NCBI GenBank assembly: GCA_002269645.1
Contig: NIVC01000838.1
Coordinates: 186,001 to 250,000, forward strand
DNA from: Macrostomum lignano
Taxonomy: Eukaryota
Length of the DNA: 64,000 bases
Direction: 5' to 3'
The notes beneath the pieces were generated by a model. It had not been told where the DNA came from and did not search any database. It saw only the letters and a program-made list of their open reading frames with translations. Positions 1-19,600 of the stretch are shown here, one piece after another. Position 1 is the first letter of the stretch. Each line of letters opens with the position of its first letter. The position numbers were made by a program, and so were the translations under genes.

Positions 1-713
1 TCTCCAATTTCAGTAGACATGCAGACTCAGCTCCGGAATTCAAAGTCTGCCAGCAAACAGCCAACACAGACTTTAAACGTTTTTGGGGCCAAAAGTATTT
101 TTAGAGCCATTCATTGGCGGAATTTCGTGACTCCCTGCTCTGGCTAAAACCTGTTGGAAACGGCTGAGCAAACTTTCTATCCAACTCAAGTAGCTTCCGC
201 TGTGCCCGCACACCCATGCGCGCCAAGCCTTGAGAGCTTGATTGATCCGACGCCTCTCAGCGTGCGATTTTGGTTGCTATAGAAACCATAAGCGTGTAGA
301 ATCATTGTACACTTAACTAACCTTTGCTGTTGTATTGAATACTATCGACACATATCGGCACCAGCTGCTCATCATTGTCATTGCTCAAGTGTCCCTTTTC
401 GGGGTATCAATGAATGAAATTTCGTCTCGATTTCCCAAAAACCTAAAAACCCCATGATTTTATAGCCGAAAAATGATTTAACCTAAAATGGCCTCTTTCT
501 CCGATATGTTGTGTAAAAAACTTTTTTGGTTTAAGTAGAGCTTAACGCAAGAATATTACCAGAAATTTAATTAAAATCGATTATACGCTCGTAGTTATAG
601 AAGAATAAAATTACTATAAGGAAAACTATTCAATTGAGAACTCTTAAATAGCAGTTAATGTTTACTGAAAAAAAACATAATAAGACAATTAAAGAAAAAA
701 GTAAAAAAATTCA

Positions 714-786
714 TGGAGTACCAGGGCATCGATCCCTGTACCTCTCGCATGCTAAGCGAGCGCTCTACCATTTGAGCTAGTACCCC
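714..786 (-). tRNA. trnA-AGC: tRNA-Ala (anticodon AGC)
   Basis: Reverse complement reads GGGGTACTAGCTCAAATGGTAGAGCGCTCGCTTAGCATGCGAGAGGTACAGGGATCGATGCCCTGGTACTCCA (73 nt). It folds as a cloverleaf with acceptor stem GGGGTAC/GTACTCC containing the G3:U70 alanine identity pair, and anticodon stem CTCGC/GCGAG around TT-AGC-AT. A T7 Pol III terminator follows at 709-703. Confidence 0.97.
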
Positions 787-1183
787 TGACTAGTGGGGCA
801 GAACAAAGACCCGTTATGAAATCAGTCGGCGAAATATATTACGTAATTTTAAATAGGTCTTTTGCGTTCAACGCATTTTCATTTAATACTCGACGACAAA
901 GAAAAAATAATACTAGTTATTGTTTTTTTCGAATTCGACGACTTTATCATCACTAAAACTACAATCTTTACTCCTGCTTTTCAATACTTTAGACGAAAGA
1001 CACCCATCAGAAAATGCGGTCTTCAACTATCTTCATGGAACGAGTCCGAGTTGCCTTGTCGACGCGCGAACCGCCTCCGTCTGCGTCTGGCCTCTCGGGC
1101 ATTTGGCGGACCTGAGGGAATTAATTTTAATTTGCAATACATTTTACTAGTAGTAGGGTTGCACTGTTGGTACAGTATTATTT

Positions 1184-10077
<8,894 letters not shown>

Positions 10078-10638
10078 TGCTGCAAGCGCTGGAACATTCG
10101 TTTTGTACGGAACAGTTCTCTTCGGGCTGTATGTATCCGTCAGGCCTAGCTGGCTCACACGGAAGTCTCATAGCACTGCTAGCGGTGCTTCCTGCTCCCG
10201 TTGGCTGCCGGCGGGTGTCCGGTGTCTGACGCGCACGCGGCTCCCTCGTGACGACTCTAAGGGTGGAGAGATGACTGATCGAGAAGACCAGCTCAGGACA
10301 CCCCCGCTGCGTGTCGCATTACTGGGCGAATCCCATTTGGCTCCAACTTTACATTGTAAGTAATCATGAAACATCATCTGCAGTCTGCAATAGACAAATA
10401 CGAGCTAGGAATGATTGCTCATAAAAGCACTGCTATATCAATGATATGATTATCTGAATTCATTATATACTATTTTCGCTTGGTTAACTCCGTGCTTGTC
10501 AAACAAAATCACGTCTTCAAACGAAGCGTCTCAAAGTTAAGGTGCAAATTAATGACTCCGGCAATATGCTCATTGTTAAGTTTCAAATCTTAATTTAATG
10601 AATTTACTTCACCGGCCATTTTAGCCACATTCAGCCCC

Positions 10639-10961
10639 TGTATTGGGATATAAGATAAGTATTAAAATTATTTGGTTACTTTAATTACAATAGATTAATT
10701 GGAATAAAAAACAGCGAGGCGCAGAGCTCAAGCGGGTGTACTTCTTAAGACATTAAATTAGGGAGAAGGGGTTGAGTGCAGATAAGAAAAGGAAGGGGTG
10801 GAGTGCGCTACTGTACTGAGGAGAGGCGAGATTGGACAGCCAATCAGAAGGCCGCGAGGGAAGAGATAAGAATAAACAAGACTAAACTGGACAGAGGGAG
10901 AGAAAACAGAATAAACAGAGACGAGGGCGAGTGAACTGAAGAAATGATTAAAGTTACAACA
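10639..10961. mobile_element. Candidate solo LTR (~320 bp) upstream of NHE
   Basis: Starts TGT and ends ACA, contains a CCAAT box (GCCAATCAG) and AATAAA motifs. Flanks GCCCC/GTCCC would be a 5-bp TSD with one mismatch. No second copy in the window. Confidence 0.3.
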
Positions 10962-11671
10962 GTCCCATTCACGAACTAATCAAGGACTACTAAAGTAGAA
11001 CTGTAGAAGGACTGGAAACCTCGTTTCCTGGAAAAATATTAGGAAGCAGGTTTTTCCAAAAAATACATTACGGAGATAAGATTTTTCTTTTTTTCAGCAC
11101 AAAATTTGATATTGCTTTTGATAGGAATCAGACCCAATGTTCATCTTTTGATATGTTGTGCTCTATCGATATTCATTAAGCTTTTCATTCAGAAAATTAG
11201 GATTCTATGTTATATCAGAAGATGTTCTATGTTTTTTATCAGAAGACACTCTCCAATTCTTATTGACGTTAATTTCTGATTAACCAAGATGACTTAAAGA
11301 TTAGGGCGAATGCTTACAGTATATTGTTTATATTTATAATGTAAATCTGAATATACTAAATAATTTACTATCAGTAACAATGAGATTATGAGAATACCTT
11401 AGGGTGGCTATTGAGCTGAGCTGGCTGATGCAGCATGAAAAAATCCTGGAGTAAATGCTGTAGAAGGTACTTTCATTGTAACATACTAAATACTATAGCA
11501 GGTGGAACACGCGGCAATGGCATACAGGTAAAAATATACAGTAGGCTAGCAGTACAAATACTAAAAGCTCATTCAGATTACTAGATCAGTGAAACTGGAG
11601 TACAATAGATAGTACATACTGCACTTCACACGGGATAATGGTCAGTTTAGTCAGTAAAAGTCTTTGTCAAA

Positions 11672-12463
11672 TCACTTGGCTTCATTGGCTTCACTTGGCT
11701 TGTCAATCTCCATGGGTACATCCTTGAGCTGCGGCTTCTCCTTGGCCGGCGGAGCCTCGAACGGCGCCTCGATGCAGAGCCGGCCGTCCTGGCTGAGCTT
11801 GCTGGCCACCTGGTCCAGCTTGGTGCCGGCGGGCAGCTGGAACACTCTCTCCAGCCGCTTGTGGATCCGCTGCCCGTTCGACTCGTCCTTGTGCTCAGCC
11901 TCGACTCGCACGCAGTCGCCCTGCTGCTTGATGCGGATCTCGTCCGGCTTGAACTCACGCACCGACAGCTCCGCCTTGAACCGCTTGCTGCCGTCGCTGG
12001 CCTCCACCACCTGGCCGGACTGCAGGTCGCCTCGCAGCAGGCCGCGCAGTTCGTCCCACACCGAGTCCTGCTGCTGCTGTTTCAGCTGCTGCTCCTTGAG
12101 CGGCGCCTTCAGCACTAGCATGCCGTCCTGGGTGAAGCCGCTGCTCAGCTTCTCAGCGTCCACCTCCTCCGGCAGCTCCACCGTCCGTTTCACCTCCGTG
12201 GTATCCTCGCCATTCTCGATCCGAGCCACCACGCGCACCTTCCGGTCCTCCCGCTTCACCGACACGTCCTTCGGAGAGAAGCCGCGAAGGTCCACAGTCC
12301 GGCTCCACTGCCGAGGTCGCCTTGGACCCCGGTGGCGCAGCAGCTGCACCAGCGGGTCGTACTCTGGCGTCAGCCAGTCGTCCAGCTCACTCAAGGCTGC
12401 CGCAAGAGGCAGGGCGTGCGAGAACGGCGTGTACACGTTGCTTGGCGCGATCCAGAGAGACAT
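11672..12463 (-). CDS. Small heat-shock protein with two alpha-crystallin domains (p40/Tsp36-like), intronless, 263 aa
   Basis: First ATG at 12463 (MSLWIAPS...). ACD1: VDLRGFSPKDVSVK...RTVELPEEVDAEKLSSGFTQDGMLVLKAP. ACD2: LSVREFKPDEIRIK...RVFQLPAGTKLDQVASKLSQDGRLCIEAP. C-terminal IXI-like VPM motif. Confidence 0.95.
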   Translation of the reverse strand: MSLWIAPSNVYTPFSHALPLAAALSELDDWLTPEYDPLVQLLRHRGPRRPRQWSRTVDLRGFSPKDVSVKREDRKVRVVARIENGEDTTEVKRTVELPEEVDAEKLSSGFTQDGMLVLKAPLKEQQLKQQQQDSVWDELRGLLRGDLQSGQVVEASDGSKRFKAELSVREFKPDEIRIKQQGDCVRVEAEHKDESNGQRIHKRLERVFQLPAGTKLDQVASKLSQDGRLCIEAPFEAPPAKEKPQLKDVPMEIDKPSEANEAK

Positions 12464-12571
12464 TCTGGCGAATTCGATTGGTGAAGTTTCCGAGTGCTTT
12501 GCTTGCTTTGCTTGCAATTTGCTTGTTTGCTTGACTTGCAACTTGACTCTGCGAGAATCAGCCTGTCGCGC

Positions 12572-12642
12572 TTATATAGACTGCGCGGAGGAAGTTTCTA
12601 GAAGCCTTGTGTCACTGGATTGGTTCTGGAAATTTCTGGAAA
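12572..12642 (-). promoter_or_regulatory. sHSP promoter: TATA box plus two heat-shock elements
   Basis: TATATAA on - strand at 12578-12572. Alternating nGAAn arrays gGAAg-tTTCt-aGAAg (12590-12604) and gTTCt-gGAAa-tTTCt-gGAAa (12623-12642). Confidence 0.9.
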
Positions 12643-13678
12643 TGCAGAAGTCTTTTTATAAAATAAGATAAAATTATTGTATTTCTACTTACAGTAGACG
12701 AAAACCGCGCGTTAATAATCATCACTAAAATTCATTTTAATGTAAAAATTTTATATTTGCCAGCAGACTCGAGCATTTATTTTGTCCATTCGCATAGACA
12801 ATTTGAACTCAACTTTGTTTCTGGGCTTTCATATCATCGCCTTTGTGGCGCTTTCTGTCAAACAAATTTATCTCTTATTTATATATCAAATTTTGACAAT
12901 TGCATCCACTCTACAATGACGCCATTATAGAAAAGAACTTTCAAAGAAAATTTAGAATTTTATTTCCCAATCGAGAGACCTAATTAATGTTAATATTCGT
13001 TGGTTATGCAGCAACTTATTGCAGATGACTGCATGGAATGATGAAACCATTTTCTTCGACAATTCATCTAATCCATTTCACCTACTGTACTGTACGTATT
13101 GGATCATATACATAATAAAGTTTTTTTTATAAATGCCTTATGACTATAATTGGTAATCTGTATTTTTGTATTTATTTTACATATACATTTATCATTCCAA
13201 GCAACCATTTTGTTCATTTTTAAATATTATTAAAGTAATACTATCATTTAGCATAAAGTTTATGCGTTCAAAATATTGTTCTCAAGAAGTCAAGTTTTTA
13301 GCCATCGCTGTAAAACTAAACCGCATAGCTTACTGAAAAAAATTAATAAGAATAGTCCACAATTAAACAGTTGTGCCGAATAATTCACTTTTATTAGTTT
13401 ATATTACATGAACAACACCGGACTTACTTTAACGATTTTACATCGATTAAACTAAGCGCTTTAGTCAGCTGATTCTAATTTATTAAGAGTTTAGCTAAAC
13501 TTATAAAAGATGTTTTCATGACTTTATTATACCTATTAGCAATACTTTCAGTTAAAATATTGGTTTATATTTGCTTGATGTGGATAATTTAACATTGCAA
13601 CTTTCCAAAAATTTTAACGGATACTAGTTGATAATGTAGAGGAGCAGCAGGAGCAGCAGAGCTGAGCAACACATTAAA

Positions 13679-16600
13679 ATGAAGAAGCTTTTTGGAAAGG
13701 GAAAGTCGGGAAAAGACTCTAATGCATCTAGTTCTGCAAAAGGTGCGGGTGGCTATAATGATATAAAAGAAAAGTCTCTTCCCAAGATACATAAAGCGGC
13801 ATGGACTGGTGATCACAAAAAGATTGCTACATTTCAGCAGGATGTCAATACTCCGGATTCCGAGCAACGGTAATGCACTTTTGGGTATTTTTGTTGCTTT
13901 AAGTGGTCGTTTTCTCGCTTGAGCAGGTTTCCGTTTCATTTGACATCATTTTATTTATCACCATCTGAAATGACAAAATACAATAAAAAAGATTCTTTGT
14001 CTAAGCTTACTTATGTATTTTGAAAGAGTGGTGAAAAGTTACTTAAATTATTTGGAAAGTAAGCTTTCAACTTTTATGTTAAAATTTATTACTCGATTTA
14101 ATCTATTTTATTTATTTGACAGAAAACAATTGTTCAAACTTACTCAAAGAATAACTTACAGGATTGATAAATGTAGCCTATAATTAATTATAAGGAATAA
14201 AACAGCTTTCAATAGTTTTTGTTTTCCTTCTATTAAAGTTAATAGTACAATTAATTTTAGTGAATAGCTATAGATGATCAGCTCCCTTTGTAATTGAAAA
14301 TAAATTTCAGTCTCTTCACTGCTCTTAGACACAAAAAATGCATTTTTCCTCTTTAGAAAATAAACTGCAATATATGGAATATCTCGTAATACTTCTGTGC
14401 TGATTAATACTCGTAAAACTGTTACTATAAGTTTATAATTTTATACCAGAATGGCGCTGCATCTAGCAAGCTTTCGCGGCCACGAAAAAGTGGTGGACAC
14501 CCTCATAACCTTTGGTGCCCGCACGGACGCACTGGACAGCGAAGGACGAAGCCCGCTCTACCGGGCTGTGCAGATGAACCGCGCCCAGTGCGCCCGCCCA
14601 CTGCTCAAAGCCGGTTCGAAACGCGAAGATGAAGGCCTGGTAATTGCCGTCAACAATGGCAGCACGGAGATGGTGGCACTTCTGCTGGACAGCTGGCATC
14701 CGCACCGGCTCAATGCCATCGCGGTAAGCGTTAAAGCTGTCTACGAGCAATAGCCAAGCATGGCGTTCGTCTCATTGTGTGTGACACTCATGGCCCCTCT
14801 CTGTGGCGCCCCTCCCTCAAAAAAGTTAGATACTTCTGAACACCCTAGAAAAAGAAAAGAAGTCCTGGAACCGCCACTGCATAGGCTAAAGAGAATACGT
14901 GCAAATACGGTATATTCTACATCTTTCTCGATTATGATCACAGATACTATAACATCTATAGATTGGCCACTCGGGAAAATATACTTAGCAAAATAGCTCT
15001 CTACTTTCAGTTCAGTAGCTATGAAGAATACATAAGCTATTTTATATAAATAAAGGCAGCTGAGATTACTTTATACGCTCTTAAGTTTAGAAGTCAAGCT
15101 TGCAAACTTAAACAGCTTGCTAATTTGCTCAGCTATAATGTACATTAGCAATTAAGATGTACAAAGCGGGTTTAGGCTGGAACAACCGAGGAAGGTAATA
15201 AAAGTTGGGTGGCGGGGCAGGGGTAGAGGTTCTGTGTGGAGTTTGAGTGTTTAAGCTTGGGGGTAAGAGCCAATAAATAAGCCTAGTCTTTAAAAGTACA
15301 TTGAAATGCTTCAGTTTAACTTGCTACTGAACTGAAAGTAGCTTGCAAGCAAATGTGCTGAGTGGCCCATCTAGTTAGTTCTAGTATTTCTGTGATGCTG
15401 ATTGGCTGGAGAGACAATTCTCACATTGGGTTTTTATATTTCTACCCTATCTTGGTGCTGATTGGCTGGAAAGATATGCGCCCATATAAAGCTTCAAACT
15501 TCTACCTCTCTCTCGATGCCCATTGGCTGGAAGAATTAAGCGGACAAGCTAGAAGCTTCTCATTGGCTGGAATATATTTACCGAAGCCCCGTCGCTTTAT
15601 AGGGTAAGTCGCTTCTTCACCTGGCCGTTACCAACGGCAACGCCGAAGTGCTGTCGCTGCTGTTGCAACGGGCCAGTGGACCGGATGAGCTTGACGCCGA
15701 AGGTCGGACACCGCTGATGCTAGCCTGCCGCGAAGGCCACGCCGACCTGGCCGCTCTGCTGCTGAAGGCTGGCGCCGACCCTGCGGCAAGAGACTCAGCG
15801 GGTGAGTGCTGGCTGGGGTGGGGGGGGGGTGTGGTGACTGCGTTTCGCTTTCTGTGCAGAGTGGGGGATGGGGGGGCTGTCTCTCTCTCTCTCTCTCGGA
15901 TTGTACTCGCGCATGTGCATACTCTGGAGCGCGAGCACGCCAGAGGTAGCGGCTGATTGGTCAGCCTAGTCAGGCTGGAAAATAAACTGGTATTTATTGA
16001 GAGAGCTAGGCTTGGCCAGCTCTAAGAAGTTTTTTTTCTCTCTGCAAGCCACACAGACTTTGTTACAGTGGCGACGAGGTGACTAATGGCCACGGGCCTA
16101 CTGTGTAGCATCGGTCCATTTGAGCCTGAAAATGAGGACTGGCTGCAGTACAAGGAAAGAATGGAGCAAGTTTTCATTGCAAGCGACATAGAGTCTGAAG
16201 ACAAAAAGCGAGCTGTCTTCCTCAGTGTCTGTGGCAAGGAGACATTCAAGCTGATTTGCAGCCTGCTGGCCCCGAGGAAGCCATCGGAGACGAGCTACGC
16301 AGACATTTGCCAAAAACTAAAGGAGCACTGGAAGCCGGAGCCTTCTGAAATTGTGCAGCGTTTTCATTTCTATCAGCACGTGCGGGCCAGCACCGAGTCA
16401 GTGGCGGATTTCCTGGCCAGTTTGCGGCGTCTGGCCGTGGACTGCAAGTTCGGAAACAGCTTGGAGTCGATGCTCAGGGATCGGCTGGTGCTCGGCATCC
16501 AGGACGATCGGATCCAGCGCAGACTGCTGTCGGAGCCGGAGCTGGATCTCGAGAAGGCGCTGAAGATCGCTCAAGCGGTGGAGCTGGCGGAAAAAGGCTG

Positions 16601-19600
16601 CACGGTCGTCAGGAGCTCACAGGAGGTGGCTGGCCCTGCGGCGGCTGCTTCAGTCGATCGAGTCGACCAGGCCAAGGCGACCGGATCTGGTCGAGCCTCA
16701 CAGAAGTGTTTCCGGTGCTTGTCGACTCGACATCTGGCGGACAAGTGCCCGTTCATCAAGAAGGCATGCTTCAAGTGCGGCAAGCTCGGGCACACCGCAG
16801 CTGCTTGCCGTAGAGGCGCCGGGGCATCGGGTGCGGACTCCAAGCCCGCGTGGGCGCCGTGCAAGAAGCAGAAGACGAGGACTGCAGCTCCCTTAACACC
16901 GTGCCCAGCGTTGCAGCCAAGGTGCCACCCTACTTGACCAAGGTACTGATCAACGGCGTGTCCTGCCAGATGGAGATAGACACGGGCGCCGCGGTGTCGT
17001 TGATCTCAGCCAAAGTCTACCAGGATCTTCTCGGAGGTATCCCTAAGCTCGGTGGGACCACGATTCGGCTGCGGAACTACGGCGGCCAACCTGTCAACGT
17101 GCTGGGACAGTTGAGCGTCACTGTGGAGATTCCAGGAAATGAAAAGAAACTGCTGCCTCTGGTGGTGGTCTCAGGAAGCGGCTCCAGCTTGATCGGACGG
17201 AACTGGCTGTCTGAACTAACCATGGACTGGAGAAGCATCAAGGAGCTGCGAGAGCGAGAACTGCCGGCTCAGGGAAATCAGCAGGTGGAGCAGCTGCTGC
17301 AAAAGTACAGCGCAGTATTTTCGGACGGACTCGGTTGCTACACAGGCGAACCACTGAAATTGCGGACGAAACCAGGTGCACAGCCCAAATTTTTCAAAGC
17401 TCGGACGGTGCCGTTCGCTTTGAAGTCCAAGGTGGAGGAGCAGCTGGACCGGGAGATCGAGCAAGGCGTTCTGCAGCCTGTCTCTAACTCCGAGTACGCG
17501 TCTCCTATCGTGCCGGTGCTCAAGGCGGATGGATCCGTCAGAATCTGCGCGGATTTCAAGCGCACGGTGAACCAAGACGTTGTGCAGGACTCCTACCCGC
17601 TGCCCAGAATTGAAGAATTGTTCGCAAAGCTAACAGGAGGCCAGAAATTCACCAAGCTAGACCTCAGTCAGGCGTATCAGCAACTGCCCCTGGACTCGGA
17701 ATCACAGCGTCTGTGCACCATCAACACCTCCAAAGGGTTGCTCAGGTACACCAGGTTGCCGTTCGGCATCTCACCGGCAGTCGGCATGTTTCAGAGGACA
17801 ATGGACGGCTTGCTTCAAGGAAGACCGCACACGGCGACTTTTATCGACGATCTGCTGGTGACAGGAACTGATGACGCGAAGCACCTGGAGAACCTGGAAG
17901 CCGTTTTGCAGCGCCTACAAGATGCTGGGCTGAAGTGCCGAGCTGACAAGTGCCGGTTCATGCAGGAGTCCGTGAGTTACCTGGGCCACCGAATCGACGC
18001 CGGCGGTCTCCACCCGCTGGAAAGCAAGGTCAGCGCGATCGTTGAGGCGCCAGCTCCCCAGGACGTCACCCAACTCCGCAGCTTCCTGGGCCTCATAAAT
18101 TATTATGGACGATTCCTGCCGAACCTGTCCAGCTTGCTCGCTCCGCTGCACCGCCTATTGGACAAGGGCGCTGCCTGGCAATGGAACAGCCCGCAAGAGA
18201 GTGCGTTTCACCGCTGCAAGGAGCTCCTGCTGAGCTCTCAGACGCTAGTGCATTTCGACCCCGGTAAAGAGGTCATCCTGGAGTGCGACAGCTCGCCCTA
18301 CGGTCTCGGCGCGGTCATCTGCCACCTAATAGATGGCGTGGAGCGGCCCATCGCGTTTGCGTCCCGCACTCTGGCCGATGCGGAGAAGAACTACTCCCAG
18401 ACGGAGAAGGAGGCCTTGGCAGTTGTTTTCGGCGTCAAGCGATTCCACACCTATCTGTACGGCCGGAACTTCCAGCTGAAGAGTGACCACAAGCCGCTTC
18501 TAGGACTGCTTCACGAGAACAAGGCCATTCCGCCACTAGCATCTGCCAGGATTCAGCGCTGGGCTCTGCTGCTGTCCAGCTACTCCTATCGACTGCAATA
18601 CCGCAAGGGCGCCACCCTGCTGCGGGCGGATGCACTGAGCCGGTTGCCGCTGCCGTCCAAGCCAGCGGAGGCGCCGGCGCCGGCTGAGGTGGTACTGCTG
18701 ATCGACTCATTCAACGAGGGCCCAGTGACTGCGGCTCAAGTTCGCTGCTGGACACGGCGAGACCCGCTACTCGGTCGAGTGCTCAGGTTCGTGCAAGAAG
18801 GCTGGCCGGAGGATCGGCGAGGGAGCGAAGATCTGCGGCCGTTTGCGTCTCGAGCTGCGGAACTTAGCGTGGAGGACGGCTGCCTGCTGTGGGGCACCAG
18901 AGTGGTGGTGCCGGTTCAGGGACGCCTGGCGTTGCTCGAGTGTCTGCACCAAAGTCACCTAGGAGCGTCCAAGCTGAAGTCGCTGGCCAGGAACTATTTT
19001 TGGTGGCCGGGAATGGACGGAGACATCGAGCGGCTCTCGCAGCACTGCCGGCAGTGCAAACTGCATCAGCACAGCCCACCTCCAGCGCCGCTGCAGCCCT
19101 GGCCCTGGCCTGACAGACCGTGGTCAAGGGTCCACATGGATTACGCTGGACCGTTCGAAGGCAAGATGCTGCTGATTCTGGTCGACGCGCATTCCAAGTG
19201 GATCGAGGTGCACATCTGCCAGTCCGCGACCAGCTCCGCTACAATCGATCGGCTCCGGCGGACTTTCAGCCAGCTGGGCCTGCCGGAGGTCGTGGTGACG
19301 GACAACGGGCCCAACTTCGTGAGTCAAGAGATGGAGAGCTTCATGAGCAGCAATGGCATCCGGCATGTAAAGGTGTCGCCCTATCATCCGGCGTCTAACG
19401 GCCTGGCGGAACGCGCGGTACAAACGGTGAAGGCGGCTCTGGCAAAGGGACAGCCGGCGGCTCTGCAGACTCGGCTCGCTCGGTTCCTGCTGACCTACCG
19501 GGTGACTCCGCACAGCACGACTGGCGTTCCGCCGAGCCAGCTGATGATGGGCCGGCCTCTGCGAACACTGCTGGATCTGGTACGTCCGGACGTCTCGGCT

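Noticed and set aside
16811-16850. Canonical programmed -1 frameshift signal
   Set aside because: No X-XXY-YYZ heptamer lies in the only possible window.
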